DNA of 64,000 nt from Octopus sinensis (GCF_006345805.1 NC_043014.1:27342001-27406000); one strand, 5' to 3'. Shown: positions 25,692-38,659, counted from the first letter of the stretch. Notes: generated by a model from the sequence alone, not told the origin. Translations and numbers: made by a program.

Positions 25692-26774
25692 CATATATAC
25701 ATATATACAAAATCATATATATACATGTATGTACGTAGATGGAATGATGGATGGAGTTCCGATCAGCCACGTGGATGAGAAGCTAAATCTTTATTAATCC
25801 AAATATATGTCGGCAATCCGAACTGGAAACGAAGCGCTATAGAATCACAGCTTAATTTCATGTGACACCAGCAGTGGTTTAACTGCTTCATTTAAAAGAC
25901 GAAAAGAAATTTATATTCTTCTTGACATATAATACTTTTGATAGGTGTTTAGTAGAATAAAAAACGTGATGTTGTGTACACATAGCTGTATATTTAGTCA
26001 CATATAAATGCATATATGACAGGCATTATATTCATTTCCCTCAATACAATTATTGACCGTTTTAGTACATATAAAATTTTAAAAAAACACAAATAAACAC
26101 ACGCACACAGACACACACCTGTGTAGCTTGTATTAAATGCTTCTACATTGCATGCAAATTTAGATAAAACAAACCATGTGGTTGGGGAACAAACTTCTTA
26201 CCACACAGTCATACCTGCGCCTAGTTTTAAAAAGAAACAACAGATGAGTTAAATGAATTGGTTGAGTTTGTTATAGATAATGCATATTTAAACAAGTCAG
26301 GAATATTTCCATGTGAAGCGGAGTAATCGGGGTCTTTTATTAGCTGACTTGTATTTGTTTCTTTGTAGGTTTAGTTTTCTTAGTGATTAATGGAAAAGGA
26401 AGATGTCCGATGTGATTGAGCAACTTATTGTTTGTTGAGGTATAAAGATATTTTCACTTCCAATTTGTTTACTTTTCGAGAATTTGTTAAATAATAATTT
26501 ATCCTTGGCGTTTGGGGGCATGCGGAAGTGGCAAGGATGTAAATAAGATCAACTGTCTGGACTTTTCAGTTGAAGTTTACGATAATTCTGGGGCGACTAA
26601 TATGAACAACAACATTAGCTAATTCTAAAGTAGTAACAGTAGAGCAGGCATGGCAGCCGCTTTCGAGAAGTGGACCGCATGAGATATGGCTCCTCAAAAG
26701 AGTCCAAGATAATTTTTCTTTAGGCGCGTCCATAATAAAATAAAATGTGAAAACATTGTTAATATGATAATATG

Positions 26775-28470
<1,696 letters not shown>

Positions 28471-28979
28471 AAGATAATGATAGCTAATAGATGTGGTATA
28501 TTGGTAGATGTTACTAATACTCTTATAAAGTGTATGATTGGGCAAGATTATAATGCACAAAAAATTTCTTAACCAATTTAATTATAGCCTAGCTTCACAC
28601 AATCATATGTTACACAAATACAGAATTATTCCAAGCCAATTGTTTAGAAGCAAACTAGAAGTTTAAGACTAATAATAAATTATTGCTAATACTTGGTGGA
28701 CGTTCGTTTAATAAGGCTGATTAAAGGATATATGTATATATATTGGCCTGCTCGCTTAGCCAACGGGGTGGCTTCATTTGAAGGCTAAAACAATGCGAAG
28801 CGCTTTGTGACCAACGATGTGTAGCAACATCTGATAGCCTGGTCGGTCACGGTAGGAGGGATATATATATATATACATATACAGAGAAAGAGAGAGAGAG
28901 AGCGAGAGAGAGAGAGAGAGAGAATAGTACAAATTATTACCCACATATATTTACATTTGTATTAAAAGAAAAGAAGGAG

Positions 28980-29113
28980 AATATTTAATACTGAAATAAT
29001 TTTTAAGAATGTTTTTTCATATTATTTTGCCCTAAAATCGGTGTTCTAAGCACTCACATTTTCAAGCTTTGGATATTCTAATTTTTGGAACAGTTGAAAT
29101 TCAGCTTTCTCCT
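28980..29113. repeat. Left arm of a near-identical inverted pair (right arm 33101-33235)
   Basis: ATATTTAATACTGAAATAATTTTTAAGAATG...AAATTCAGCTTTCTCCT is reverse-complemented at 33101-33235. Confidence 0.85.
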
Positions 29114-29134
29114 ATATATATATATATATATATA

Positions 29135-29285
29135 TACTTTAGCTTCAAATTTTGGCACAAGGCCAGTAATTTCTTGGGAGATATAAGTCAATTAAATCGA
29201 CCCCAGTGATCAAGGACTCAGAAAATAAAAACAAACGAAATGGTATTAAGTATTTTGCCCGGCGTGTTAACGATTCTGCCAGCTC
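29135..29285 (-). mobile_element. SINE family A, internally deleted
   Basis: Reverse complement of GAGCTGGCAGAATCGTTAACACGCCGGGCAAAATACTTA and of the TTGTGCCAAAATTTGAA tail. Confidence 0.7.
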
Positions 29286-29411
29286 ACATTTTATACACAC
29301 ATACACACACACATACACACACACACACACAGACACTCATTCATATATATATATATATATATGAAAAAGAAAAATAATTACTTCACTGGTAGTTCTAATC
29401 AGTTTAATCTA

Positions 29412-29466
<55 letters not shown>

Positions 29467-29469
<3 letters not shown>

Positions 29470-29930
29470 TATTATAAAAGGCAGATTTTATCTGCCTCCC
29501 TTTGGGAGTTATACAAATCTACAATATAGGATTTCTTCAATTACAATTTACCTAGCATTTTTAAGAGTACAATGCATCGCGTCATGCCAGGTCCAGTTTT
29601 TAAAATTTTAACTCCAATTAAGCAAAATTTACAGAAAACTCACATTCTGGTGTGTGTGTCAAATGCTTTTCTTAGTCTGGTTTACACCACACGAAAACGC
29701 ACACACACACTGGGCAACGAATAAAATGAAAGTAATTCACTTACTGTAGTGAGTGATTCTTTCACTCTGCCTCCCACTTCCTCTTTCCACACATAGACAC
29801 GCAAATATATAAATAAAATTGTAAGCTAACGTGTGAGTGTGTGTGTGTGTGAGGGTGCGTGTGTGTGTGTGTGTGTGCGTGTGCGTGAGTGTGTGACAGG
29901 AAAGTTTTTACGACGAATATAAGACCTATA
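29467..29930 (+). mobile_element. Helitron-like family F, 5' portion (other copies 31378-31700 and 62418-62610)
   Basis: A|TCTTATTATAAAAGGCAGATTTTATCTGCCTCCC start; near-identical to 31378 for about 240 bp. Confidence 0.7.
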
Positions 29931-29944
29931 TCCAAGTAGCAGAA

Positions 29945-30210
29945 AGATAAGACAGTAAGGTGTGATTTGAGGGAGATTTGGCTGCTATTTCTACCATGTC
30001 TAGCTGCCATGTAGGGGTCTCCCTCATAGGCTCATACATACATATATACATAGATAAGACAGTAAGGTGTGATTTGGGGGAAATTTGGCTGCTATTTCTA
30101 CCAGGTCTAGCTACCATGTAGAGGTCCCCCTCATTGGCTCATATATATACATACATAAGACAGTAAGGTGTGATTTGAGGGAGATTTGGTTGCTGTTTCT
30201 ACCAGGTCTG
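29945..30210. repeat. Tandem repeat of about 105 bp, 2.5 copies
   Basis: ATAAGACAGTAAGGTGTGATTTG.GGGA.ATTTGG.TGCT.TTTCTACCA at about 29948, 30055 and 30156. Confidence 0.85.
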
Positions 30211-30576
30211 TTAGGCCTTCTCATGTAAACTCAAGCTTTCTCATACCTTGAACATAAGACCAAAGCAGAGAATGTATTCTTTTATTCTTCTGCTTTTTCC
30301 AGCCATTGGTCTGTGGCCATGCTGGGGCAATGCCTTGAAGAATTGTAGTTTAATGAATCAACTCCAGTTTTATTTTTGTAAGCATTGTACGTATTCTATC
30401 TGTTTTCTTTGTGAAACCACTAGGTGACAGGGATGTAAACAAACCAACATTCGTTGTCAAGCAGTGGTGGAGGACAATCACAAGCACAGACACGCACACA
30501 CACACACACATACATCATACACATATACACACATACATACATACATACATATATATATATGTGTGTATATATATAT

Positions 30577-30833
30577 TGCAGCGTGGAAGGTGTTTGTAAG
30601 CCATTTAAGAAACACACAAAAACCGTTACATTCACTTCAACATTTAAATTTAATTTGCCAAAATATTTTCGTCGCTTTGAGACCGCCACCTGTTCACTGA
30701 CAAAAATATCGTGCTAACAGGTCGCGGTCTCAAAGCGACAAAAATATTTTGGCAAATTAAATTTAAATGTTGAAGTGAATCTAACGGTTTTTGTGTGTTT
30801 CTTAAATGGCTTATAAACACCTTCAACGCCGCA
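30577..30833. repeat. Near-perfect hairpin, 118-bp arms, 21-nt loop
   Basis: Arm 30577-30694 is mirrored by 30716-30833 with few mismatches. Confidence 0.9.
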
Positions 30834-30990
30834 ACTGTTTTCGTTCCAGCACACGATCTCAGATCAAGTCACTTGCTATGCAAGTACATCTCTGTAACTA
30901 TATATATATTTATATATATATATATGTATATTGGTAAAAACAGTAAGATAACAAAAGAAAGAAAGAGACCTCAATATTATGTAGAGGAAA

Positions 30991-31377
30991 TCTTTATATA
31001 TAAAAGTGAGGTTGTGTGTCTGTCTCCTACGATTTAGATTCCTAACTACTCCCACATTTTGCGGTGCAGTTTAACCAAAACCGGGTATCTTATAGTCGTG
31101 ATTCATATCGAGACCGTCTGGGTATTAGCATGAGTCTACGATTTAAAAAAAAATTTACCATCAATTTTTCCCATTTTTAATCCATTTTTGACATATATAA
31201 GGGAAGTAACTCTCTAAAATTTATTATTAAATCTCAGAACGTAAAAAAAAAGCTACAGTAACACCCCTCCCCCTTTGTGGTTAGCCATATTGAGATGGCT
31301 ATTATACTTTACATCTCTAAAAATGCTTATATAATTATTCCCTTACAAACCCGAGCAACGCCGGGCGATACTGCTAG
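30991..31377 (+). mobile_element. Non-autonomous Helitron-like family E
   Basis: A|TCTTTATATATAAAAGTGAGG ... CCCGAGCAACGCCGGGCGATACTGCTAG|T. Confidence 0.88.
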
Positions 31378-31965
31378 TCTTATTATAAAAGGCAGATTTT
31401 ATCTGCCTCCTTTGGGAGTTATACAAATCTACAATATAGGATTTCTTCAATTACAATTTACCTAGCACTTTTAAGAGTACAATGCATCGCGTCATGCCAG
31501 GTCCAGTTTTTAAAATTTAAACTCCAATTAAGCAAAATTTACAGAAAACTCACATTCTGGTGTGTGTGTCAAATGCTTTTCTTAGTCTGGTTTACACCAC
31601 ACGCAAACGCACACACACAGTGGGCAAAGAATAAAGTGAAACTAGATGTAATATTTGTTTCTCTCTATCACGCTGATAGATACATGAGTAAAATGTATGG
31701 GAAGCTAACACATAAGTGTGAGTGAAAATGTTCTTGGAAGAGAGTAAATAGCTAGAGATAGTTAATCAGATACATTTGCAACACATCTGTTGAAAATATT
31801 ATTGTTCACACACATACATATACATATATACATACAGACAGACAGACAGATAGACACACACACACACACACATGATCCAGCATGGCCACAACCTCAAGGC
31901 TGAAACATATAAAAGAATAACAGAATATAAATGTGTGCATGTGTGTGAGAGAGAGAGTGTGTGTG

Positions 31966-31997
<32 letters not shown>

Positions 31998-32004
31998 TAA
32001 TATA

Positions 32005-32432
32005 ATGCGGTTTTTTCAACAGCTTGAACTAAAAGTCAGAGGGGAATGGGATAAACTACTTATATTAACTTGCTATAAAAGCAGGTAGTAATTTTATCTT
32101 GTCCTTATTCATAGTGCAAGTTTTGAAGAGTGCATTTCGATTTTAACAGCTATTTTTTTCAAAGCTATATTGGAACAGCCTAGAAGACGAGCCTCATCCT
32201 GAAAGATCTGTAGAACTCGACAAGGACATCCTGAAAACCCTGGTGGAACAAAATCTCATCGTAACTGTTGAGGAACTAGCAGAGAAGCTTGGATTTGGTC
32301 ATTCAACCATTCATTGAGACCTGTGTGCTATCGGAAAAGTCAGCAAATTGGGTCAATGGGTTCCTCACGAACTTTCCGAGTCTAATTGCATGCAGAGAGT
32401 GAATGTATGCTTTTCTTTGCTGTCACATCTCA
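32005..32432 (+). mobile_element. Mariner transposase fragment
   Basis: LEDEPHPERSVELDKDILKTLVEQ..TVEELAEKLG..STIH..IGKVSKLGQWVPHELS. Confidence 0.85.
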
Positions 32433-32452
32433 CCACTACTGCGCTATGTATA

Positions 32453-33089
32453 TCTATATATATAAAACTGTAGTTGTGTGAGTGTCTGTCCCCTTCGATT
32501 TAGATTCCTAACTACTCCCACATTTTGCGGTGCAGTTTAACCAAAACCGGGTAGCTTATAGTCGTGATTCATATCGAGCCCGTCTGAGTATTAGCGCGCG
32601 TCTACGATGAGTCTACGATTTAAAAAATAATTTAACATCATTTTTTATTCCATTTTAATGCATAATTTTTCGTGTGTCGATGGCGGCGGAGTTGGCATCC
32701 ACGCTCACACCTGCACCTGTGGGGAAGGGAGTGTAAGGAAATCAACGTCGTAATGCGTTGTCAAGGAGACCAGCGTTCTTTTAGAACAACGACTTCATGG
32801 CTTGAAGACACCAAAACAGAAATGGCTAAGAAAGCGTCTACATGAGTCTACGATTTAAAAAAACATTTACCATCGTTTTATTTCCATTTTAATGCATTTT
32901 TTCGTTATTATATAAGGGAAGTAACTCTCTAAAAATGTCTACGATGAGTCAACGATTTTTCAAAAAATTTACCATCATATTTTTTCCATTTTTAATGCAT
33001 TTTTTGCTATTTTTTGGCTATAACTCTCTAAAAATGCTTATATAGTTATTTCCCTTACAAACCCGAGCAACGCCGGGCGATACTGCTAG
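32453..33089 (+). mobile_element. Helitron-like family E, longer copy with internal triplication
   Basis: TC start; GAGTC.ACGATTT..AAAA..TT.ACCATC repeated three times; same 3' hairpin plus CTAG. Confidence 0.85.
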
Positions 33090-33321
33090 TATATATATAT
33101 AGGAGAAAGCTGAATTTCAACTGATCCAAAAATTAGAATATCCAAAGCTTGAAAATGTGAGTGCTTAGAACACCGATTTTAGGGCAAAATAATATGAAAA
33201 AACATTCTTAAAAATTATTTCAGTATTAAATATACTTGAAAAATAGGATAAAATCTTTATAAGAATTTATCAGGTAGCGTGAAAAAACCTCATAAGGGAA
33301 AAATCCATCAATTTTTCCTCT

Positions 33322-33385
<64 letters not shown>

Positions 33386-33387
<2 letters not shown>

Positions 33388-33531
33388 GGGCATTACAATA
33401 CATAAATGTCTCAAGCTAGGAGAGACTCCTAAAGTCAAAACTACCCAAATAAATAAACGCATTTATTTATTTTGGTAGTTTTGATTTTTAGGAGTCTCTC
33501 CTAGCTTGAGGCATTTATGTATAGTAATGCC

Positions 33532-33534
<3 letters not shown>
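33386..33534. repeat. 149-bp near-perfect hairpin (MITE-like) within (TA)n
   Basis: AAGGGCATTAC..TAGGAGAGACTCCTAA..AAATAAAT / ATTTATTT..TTAGGAGTCTCTCCTA..GTAATGCCCTT. Confidence 0.9.
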
Positions 33535-33563
<29 letters not shown>

Positions 33564-33565
<2 letters not shown>

Positions 33566-34059
33566 CAATAATAATTCTCTAAACGAGATATAGACAGTAA
33601 CTGCTCCATCACATAAGGGACATTAGCCATTTGAATGTGGCTAGGGACAGGGCAGGGCGGTGGGGGTGTTACTGATGCACTTAGCCCCAGGCGATCATCA
33701 ACGTCACCAGATAGGCTGACACCATCACGGTGTCCTCTATCCTGCAAAGGGAGATCATTCCCCGAAGAAGCGGATGCCACATACGGACCCAGGTTTCAAG
33801 GTATTTGCCTATCGTCAACGTATGGCAGGCACCGCTCCTCGACGAACAACTTCCTGTGCAGGATATTTATATATAGATTTTCACGTAAATACATTTTTTC
33901 GAAAATCTGTTCGACAGCAATAATAATTCTCTAAACGAGATATAGACAGTAACTGCTCCATCACATAAGGGATATTAGCTATTTGAATGTGGCTAGGGAC
34001 AGGGCAGGGCGGTGGGGGGTGTTACTCATGCATTTAGCCCCAGGCGATCATCAACGTCA
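33564..34059 (-). mobile_element. Terminally redundant GC-rich unit (352-bp period, 143-bp direct repeats) containing a hammerhead
   Basis: Direct repeats at 33564-33706 and 33916-34059 with about 5 differences; hammerhead in the unique spacer. Confidence 0.75.
33780..33824 (-). ncRNA. Type-I hammerhead motif, U3 variant
   Basis: Minus strand CATACG-TTGACGA-TAGG(CAAATA)CCTT-GAAA-CCTGGG-T-C-CGTATG; perfect 6-bp stem I; GUC site. Confidence 0.7.
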
Positions 34060-34175
34060 TATATATATATATATATTTAAGAGGAAAAATTGATGAATTT
34101 TTCCCTTATGAGATTTTTTCACGCTAACTACTTGATAAATTCTTATAAAGATTTTATCCTATTTTTCAATTTTAT

Positions 34176-34556
34176 ATCTTTATATATAAAAGTGAGGTTG
34201 TGTGCTGTCTGTCTCCTACGATTTATATTCCTAACTACTCCCACATTTTGCGGTGCAGTTTAACCAAAACCGGGTATCTTATAGTCGTGATTCATATCGA
34301 GCCCTTCTGGGTATTAGCGCGCGTCTACGATGAGTCTACGATTTAAAAAAAAAATTACAATCAATTTTTCCAATTTTTAATGCATTTTTGGCATATATAA
34401 GGGAAGTAACTCTCTAAAAATTTATTATTAAATCTCAGAACGTAAAAAGCTACAGTGGTTAGCCATATTGAGATGGCTATTATACTTTACATCTCTAAAA
34501 ATGCTTATATAGTTGTTTCCCTTACAAACCCGAGCAACGCCGGGCGATACTGCTAG
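34176..34556 (+). mobile_element. Helitron-like family E
   Basis: Same TC start and hairpin-CTAG end as 30991-31377. Confidence 0.88.
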
Positions 34557-34590
<34 letters not shown>

Positions 34591-34675
34591 CATCTAATAT
34601 AGGATAAAATTTTTCGAAAAAAAATTTATCAATGTCCAGCATATTAAAAAATACCTTTAAAGGTTAAATTTATAA

Positions 34676-35197
34676 ACAACTTATAAACAAGGGCAAAAGA
34701 AAAGGGCAAAAGAAAAACATTTCTAATGCCAAATATGCCGAAACTAGACACATCGTCCATAACTATATAATTCATCACTATAAGCACGCATCTCGAAGAA
34801 AGCCGACAAAAATTTCTTTAAAATTCCGTTATTACCATATCGGACCCGATTTCAGAGTTAATTCATAAGAACTTTCTCTTCATCTGGACAATTTCTATTC
34901 TGGATATATTTGGAGTACTTAATTGTGTTCAGGACTTAGTGTTTGCTTCTTCCATGGGTATAAGTAAGTATTTCATTTATTTCTTTGCCGCATTTATCAC
35001 TGATGAAGAGAAGGTTCTTATGAATTAACTCTGAAATCGGGCCCGATATGGTAATAACGGAATTTTTTAGAAATTTCTGTCGGCTTTCTTCGAGACGCGT
35101 GCTTATAGTGATGAATTAAATGGTTATGGACGATGTGTCTAGTTTCGGTATATTTGGCATTAGAATTTTTTTTCTTTTGCCCTTGTTTATAAGTTGT
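34676..35197. repeat. Inverted repeat, arms about 200 bp (34676-34884 and 35002-35197), 117-nt spacer; Penelope pseudo-LTR-like
   Basis: The arms are highly similar reverse complements; the right arm overlaps a hammerhead. Confidence 0.9.
34994..35054 (+). ncRNA. Type-I hammerhead ribozyme motif with intact core
   Basis: TTATCA-CTGATGA-AGAG(18 nt)CTCT-GAAA-TCGGGCCCGA-T-A-TGGTAA; all three helices pair; AUA site after 35048. Confidence 0.8.
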
Positions 35198-36044
35198 GTA
35201 TATATATATATAGAATATACTGGAAATTTTATTAATATCAACGCTCGTTTTGACACATCCTTTACTGTTTTCTCGTGGGTGGGAAACTATCCAATGAATT
35301 TCAATGCACCCCGCTGTGCAGAAGCATCTCTTCTTCAGGTGATATAACTTGGTTTCTCGTTACACAGTCGACGCTTCGCTCTTAAGCTTAACTAGAGTAT
35401 GTTGATAATAGTCGTATCTAAAACACATTGTGGGGGGATATGGAATGGCACGGAATAGGTTAAATTGTTAGACTGAGGATACGAACAGGAAGTAACTGAG
35501 AAAAAAAGTACAATACAAAGAATAAAGAAGGGTAAAGCATACAATAAATTAAAATAAGACACACTACAAAGTGTGTCAGTGTCTGAGCGGCTCATTTGTA
35601 GTCTCCCTGCTGGTAATGAATTCTTTGATAATTGGTGACCATTGTCATCAAGCAGAGGCATTGGGCTTGAATGCATTCAGGATTTTGTTCGGGTCATAAA
35701 ACTTTGATTAAAATGAAAGAGCGAATAAGCTAGTCCGACGGGCTTCGTCATCCAAGAATTTTATTTGAACTGAGGCTATGGAAAAAGGTTCTTAATGAGA
35801 TGCGTAATAGGAATCGAACCTGAACTCGTTAATACCATGCAAACCAGTTACCTAAGCAACCACGTCTACACTCAGATATTGGCTATATGTAGCTGCTAAG
35901 AATGCATTAAGTAAATTTGTTTATCGTTACACTTTATTGGCAGTAAAAAGAAATATAAGAGAGCTAAGACGTAAAAAAAAAACAGAAGAAAAATACTATC
36001 AATATATCAGGTTTATGCTGCTAAGACAGTCAACTAACAGAATC

Positions 36045-36240
36045 GTTGGCACACTGGGCAAAGTGCTTAGCGGCATTTCGTCCGTCCTTATATTCTGAGT
36101 TCAAATTTAGCCTAGGTCGACTTTACTTTTCATCCTTTCAGGATCAATAAATTAAGTACTAGTTAAGCACTGGGATCAATTTAATCGACTTACCCCCTCC
36201 GCCGCAACTGCTGGCCTTGTGCCAAAATTTGAAACCAATA
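36045..36240 (+). mobile_element. SINE family A
   Basis: TTAGCGGCATTTCGTCCG..TCTGAGTTCAAATT..TTTCATCCTTTCAGG..TTGTGCCAAAATTTGAA. Confidence 0.8.
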
Positions 36241-36379
36241 TATTAGGTTTGTTAGTTTCTTATATGAACGTTATTTCGAATAGAAGTACTTTACAGTTAA
36301 CTCCCCTTTATCCGGATAAAAAGCCCAGTTAAACATTTAATGAGTATTATAATTAAAATTATGTTTTGTATCTTTTCAG

Positions 36380-36400
36380 AGCGTTTCATGCTTCCTCTCG
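36380..36400 (+). CDS. Host gene microexon B (21 nt, phase 1-1): (K)RFMLPL
   Basis: TTTTGTATCTTTTCAG acceptor and G|GTAAGT donor; joining exon A gives HRSKR. Confidence 0.75.
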
Positions 36401-36673
36401 GTAAGTATATTTAAAATGCTCTATTTCCCTGAAGAACAAAACTAAATTTTTTATTTCTATTTTATTCTTCTATTCTTCTATTATTTTACTGGTTTCAATC
36501 ATTTGACTGTGGATATGCTGGGCATCGCCTTGAAGAGTTCTACTCGAACAAATCTTTCTCATTCGCAAAATGAGCCCCCTTTAATTTTGCTCATATTGCT
36601 TTCAATTTTGATGTATCAATGCAAATCTGAAATTTGATTATAGTCAATTCTTGGCATTATGAAGGTGAATTAA

Positions 36674-37270
36674 GGCGGCGAGCTGGCAGAAACGTTAGCA
36701 CGCCGGGCGAAATGCGTAGCCGTATTTCGTCTGCCGCTACGATCTGAGTTCAAATTCCGCCGAGGTCGACTTTGCCTTTCATCCTTTCGGGGTCGATTAA
36801 ATAAGTACCAATTACGTACTGGGTCGATATAATCAACTTAATCCGTTTGTCTGTCCTTGTTTGTTTGTCCCTCCTGTGTTTAGCCCCTTGTGGGTAGTAA
36901 AGAAATAGGTATTTCGTCTGCCATTACATTCTGAGTTCAAAGACTGCAGAGGTCGACTTTGCCTTTCATCCTTTCGGGGTCAATAAATTAAGTACCAGTT
37001 ACGCACTGGGGTCGATTAATCGACTTAACCCCTTTGTCTGTCCTTGTTTGTTCCCTCTATGTTTAGCCCCTTGTGGAAATAAAGAAATAAGAAACGTTAG
37101 CACGCTGGGCGAAAAGCTTAGCTTTATTTCGTCTGTCTTTATGTTCTAAGTTCAAATTCTGCCGCGGTCGACTTTGCCTTTCATCATTTCGGGGTCGATA
37201 AATTAAGTATCAGATGCGTACAAGGGTCGATCTCATTGACTGGCCCCCTCCCCCAAAATTTCGGGCCTTG
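36674..37270 (+). mobile_element. Three tandem SINE family A units
   Basis: GAGTTCAAA..GTCGACTTTGCCTTTCATC three times; units start at about 36674, 36906 and 37091. Confidence 0.85.
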
Positions 37271-38123
37271 TGTAGAAAATATTATGAAGGTGAATGGAAT
37301 ATGTGAACTTAGTAAAGACAATTTTACATTATTTTTGAATTCTCCATGCAAAACTATATAGGATACAGGTATTCTTTTTCTTAGGACAAATTCTTTTTTG
37401 ACCAGTGTTATTCTTATCGTAGTTTACAGATCTAAACATGAAAACATTACACAACTTCGAAGTTTTGGAGACACATACACACTCATACACACACATGCAC
37501 TAATATGAAGTAAGCACATATACATGACAGGTATACATAATACTGAAATACGCATAAAGTAAACACGTGCAGATAAATATATTAATATAACAAATTTTTA
37601 AAGAATAAAAACATACAATCAATGAAGAGACAAAAGAAACAGTAAGATGATACATGTTGATTTTATTAGGTATTTCTGTTTATTTAGAAACCTACAATGA
37701 AGACGCTAAACTATAAATCTCATAGGGTACAACCTTAAAGTTGACAATGCTCCGCTAAACGCAGAAAATTTCTGCCTCGCTATTGGCTAAAAATACACAA
37801 TTTTTCGAATTTTAAACCTCTGTAACATTTTACTCCAATTTTTTTCTCCGTAGCATCATACCTTCATAGCAATTAGACGGGCAAGCTTTTATTATTATAG
37901 CCGACTTTCAGATTTTTTACTGTCTTTTTAAAAAATGCATATTTTGCGAATGAAAAAAGCTAGATCCACAAATCGACACCAGGACTTACTGTTTTTAAGC
38001 CAAGTACTTATTCTATCGGTCTCTTTTGCCGAACCGTTAAGTTACGGGGACTTAAACACATCAACACCGGTTGTCAAGCGGTGACGGGGGAGCAAACACA
38101 GACAAACACACACACACACACAC

Positions 38124-38201
<78 letters not shown>

Positions 38202-38259
38202 TTGGAATGGATGCATGACGTTCAATTAAATAATAAAAAACAATATATTTATATGTATA

Positions 38260-38646
38260 CTAGCAGTATCACCCGGTGTAGCTTGGGTTTGTTTCGACCC
38301 TTTAGAATTGGAATTGTTGAAAAGTAAAAATTTTGCATTATGCAACTTGTTATTCTCTTCAAGTGAACATTTTGCCAGTTGAAATACACCGAAAAATGGT
38401 GACACAGCAGTCAAAAATCGTAAAAAATAGGGATTTTCATAGAAAAAAAGCACCTTTTTTATGTAAATAATTTTTGGTGTTAACATGGTCCGATTTGAAT
38501 TTTATCTTCTACAGAATGAAGAGCAAGCCTTCTTCTATCATACTCTCAATTTTGGCCAACTTGCGCTGCAGGGTCTTGAAGGAAATAGTGTTAGTTAAAG
38601 GCTACCAAACCTGCCACACACAGACAACTTCAGCTTTATATATAGA
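38260..38646 (-). mobile_element. Non-autonomous Helitron-like element (same family as 60275-60670)
   Basis: Minus-strand end ...CCGGGTGATACTGCTAG; near-colinear with 60275-60670. Confidence 0.8.
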
Positions 38647-38659
38647 TTTGCTACACACT

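Larger units (their letters stand above)
33236..34165. repeat. Inverted arms of about 95 bp (33236-33325 and 34073-34165) enclosing later insertions
   Basis: TTGAAAAATAGGATAAAATCTTTATAAGAATTTATCA..CATCAATTTTTCCTCTTAAA is mirrored. Confidence 0.85.

Noticed and set aside
26369-26439. Candidate exon with a good branch point and acceptor
   Set aside because: 71 nt long with an in-frame TGA in phase 1; breaks the frame. At most a poison exon, with no support.
34934-34964. Candidate microexon in the loop of the long hairpin (CAG..GTAAGT)
   Set aside because: 31 nt; inclusion shifts the frame and gives a stop in exon C.
35368-35396. Candidate 29-nt exon (ACACAG..GTATGT)
   Set aside because: It switches the chain to phase 0, which hits TAA in exon E and loses the EGF frame.
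35392-35676. 94-aa minus-strand ORF as a possible antisense exon
   Set aside because: No domain motif or convincing splice pair.
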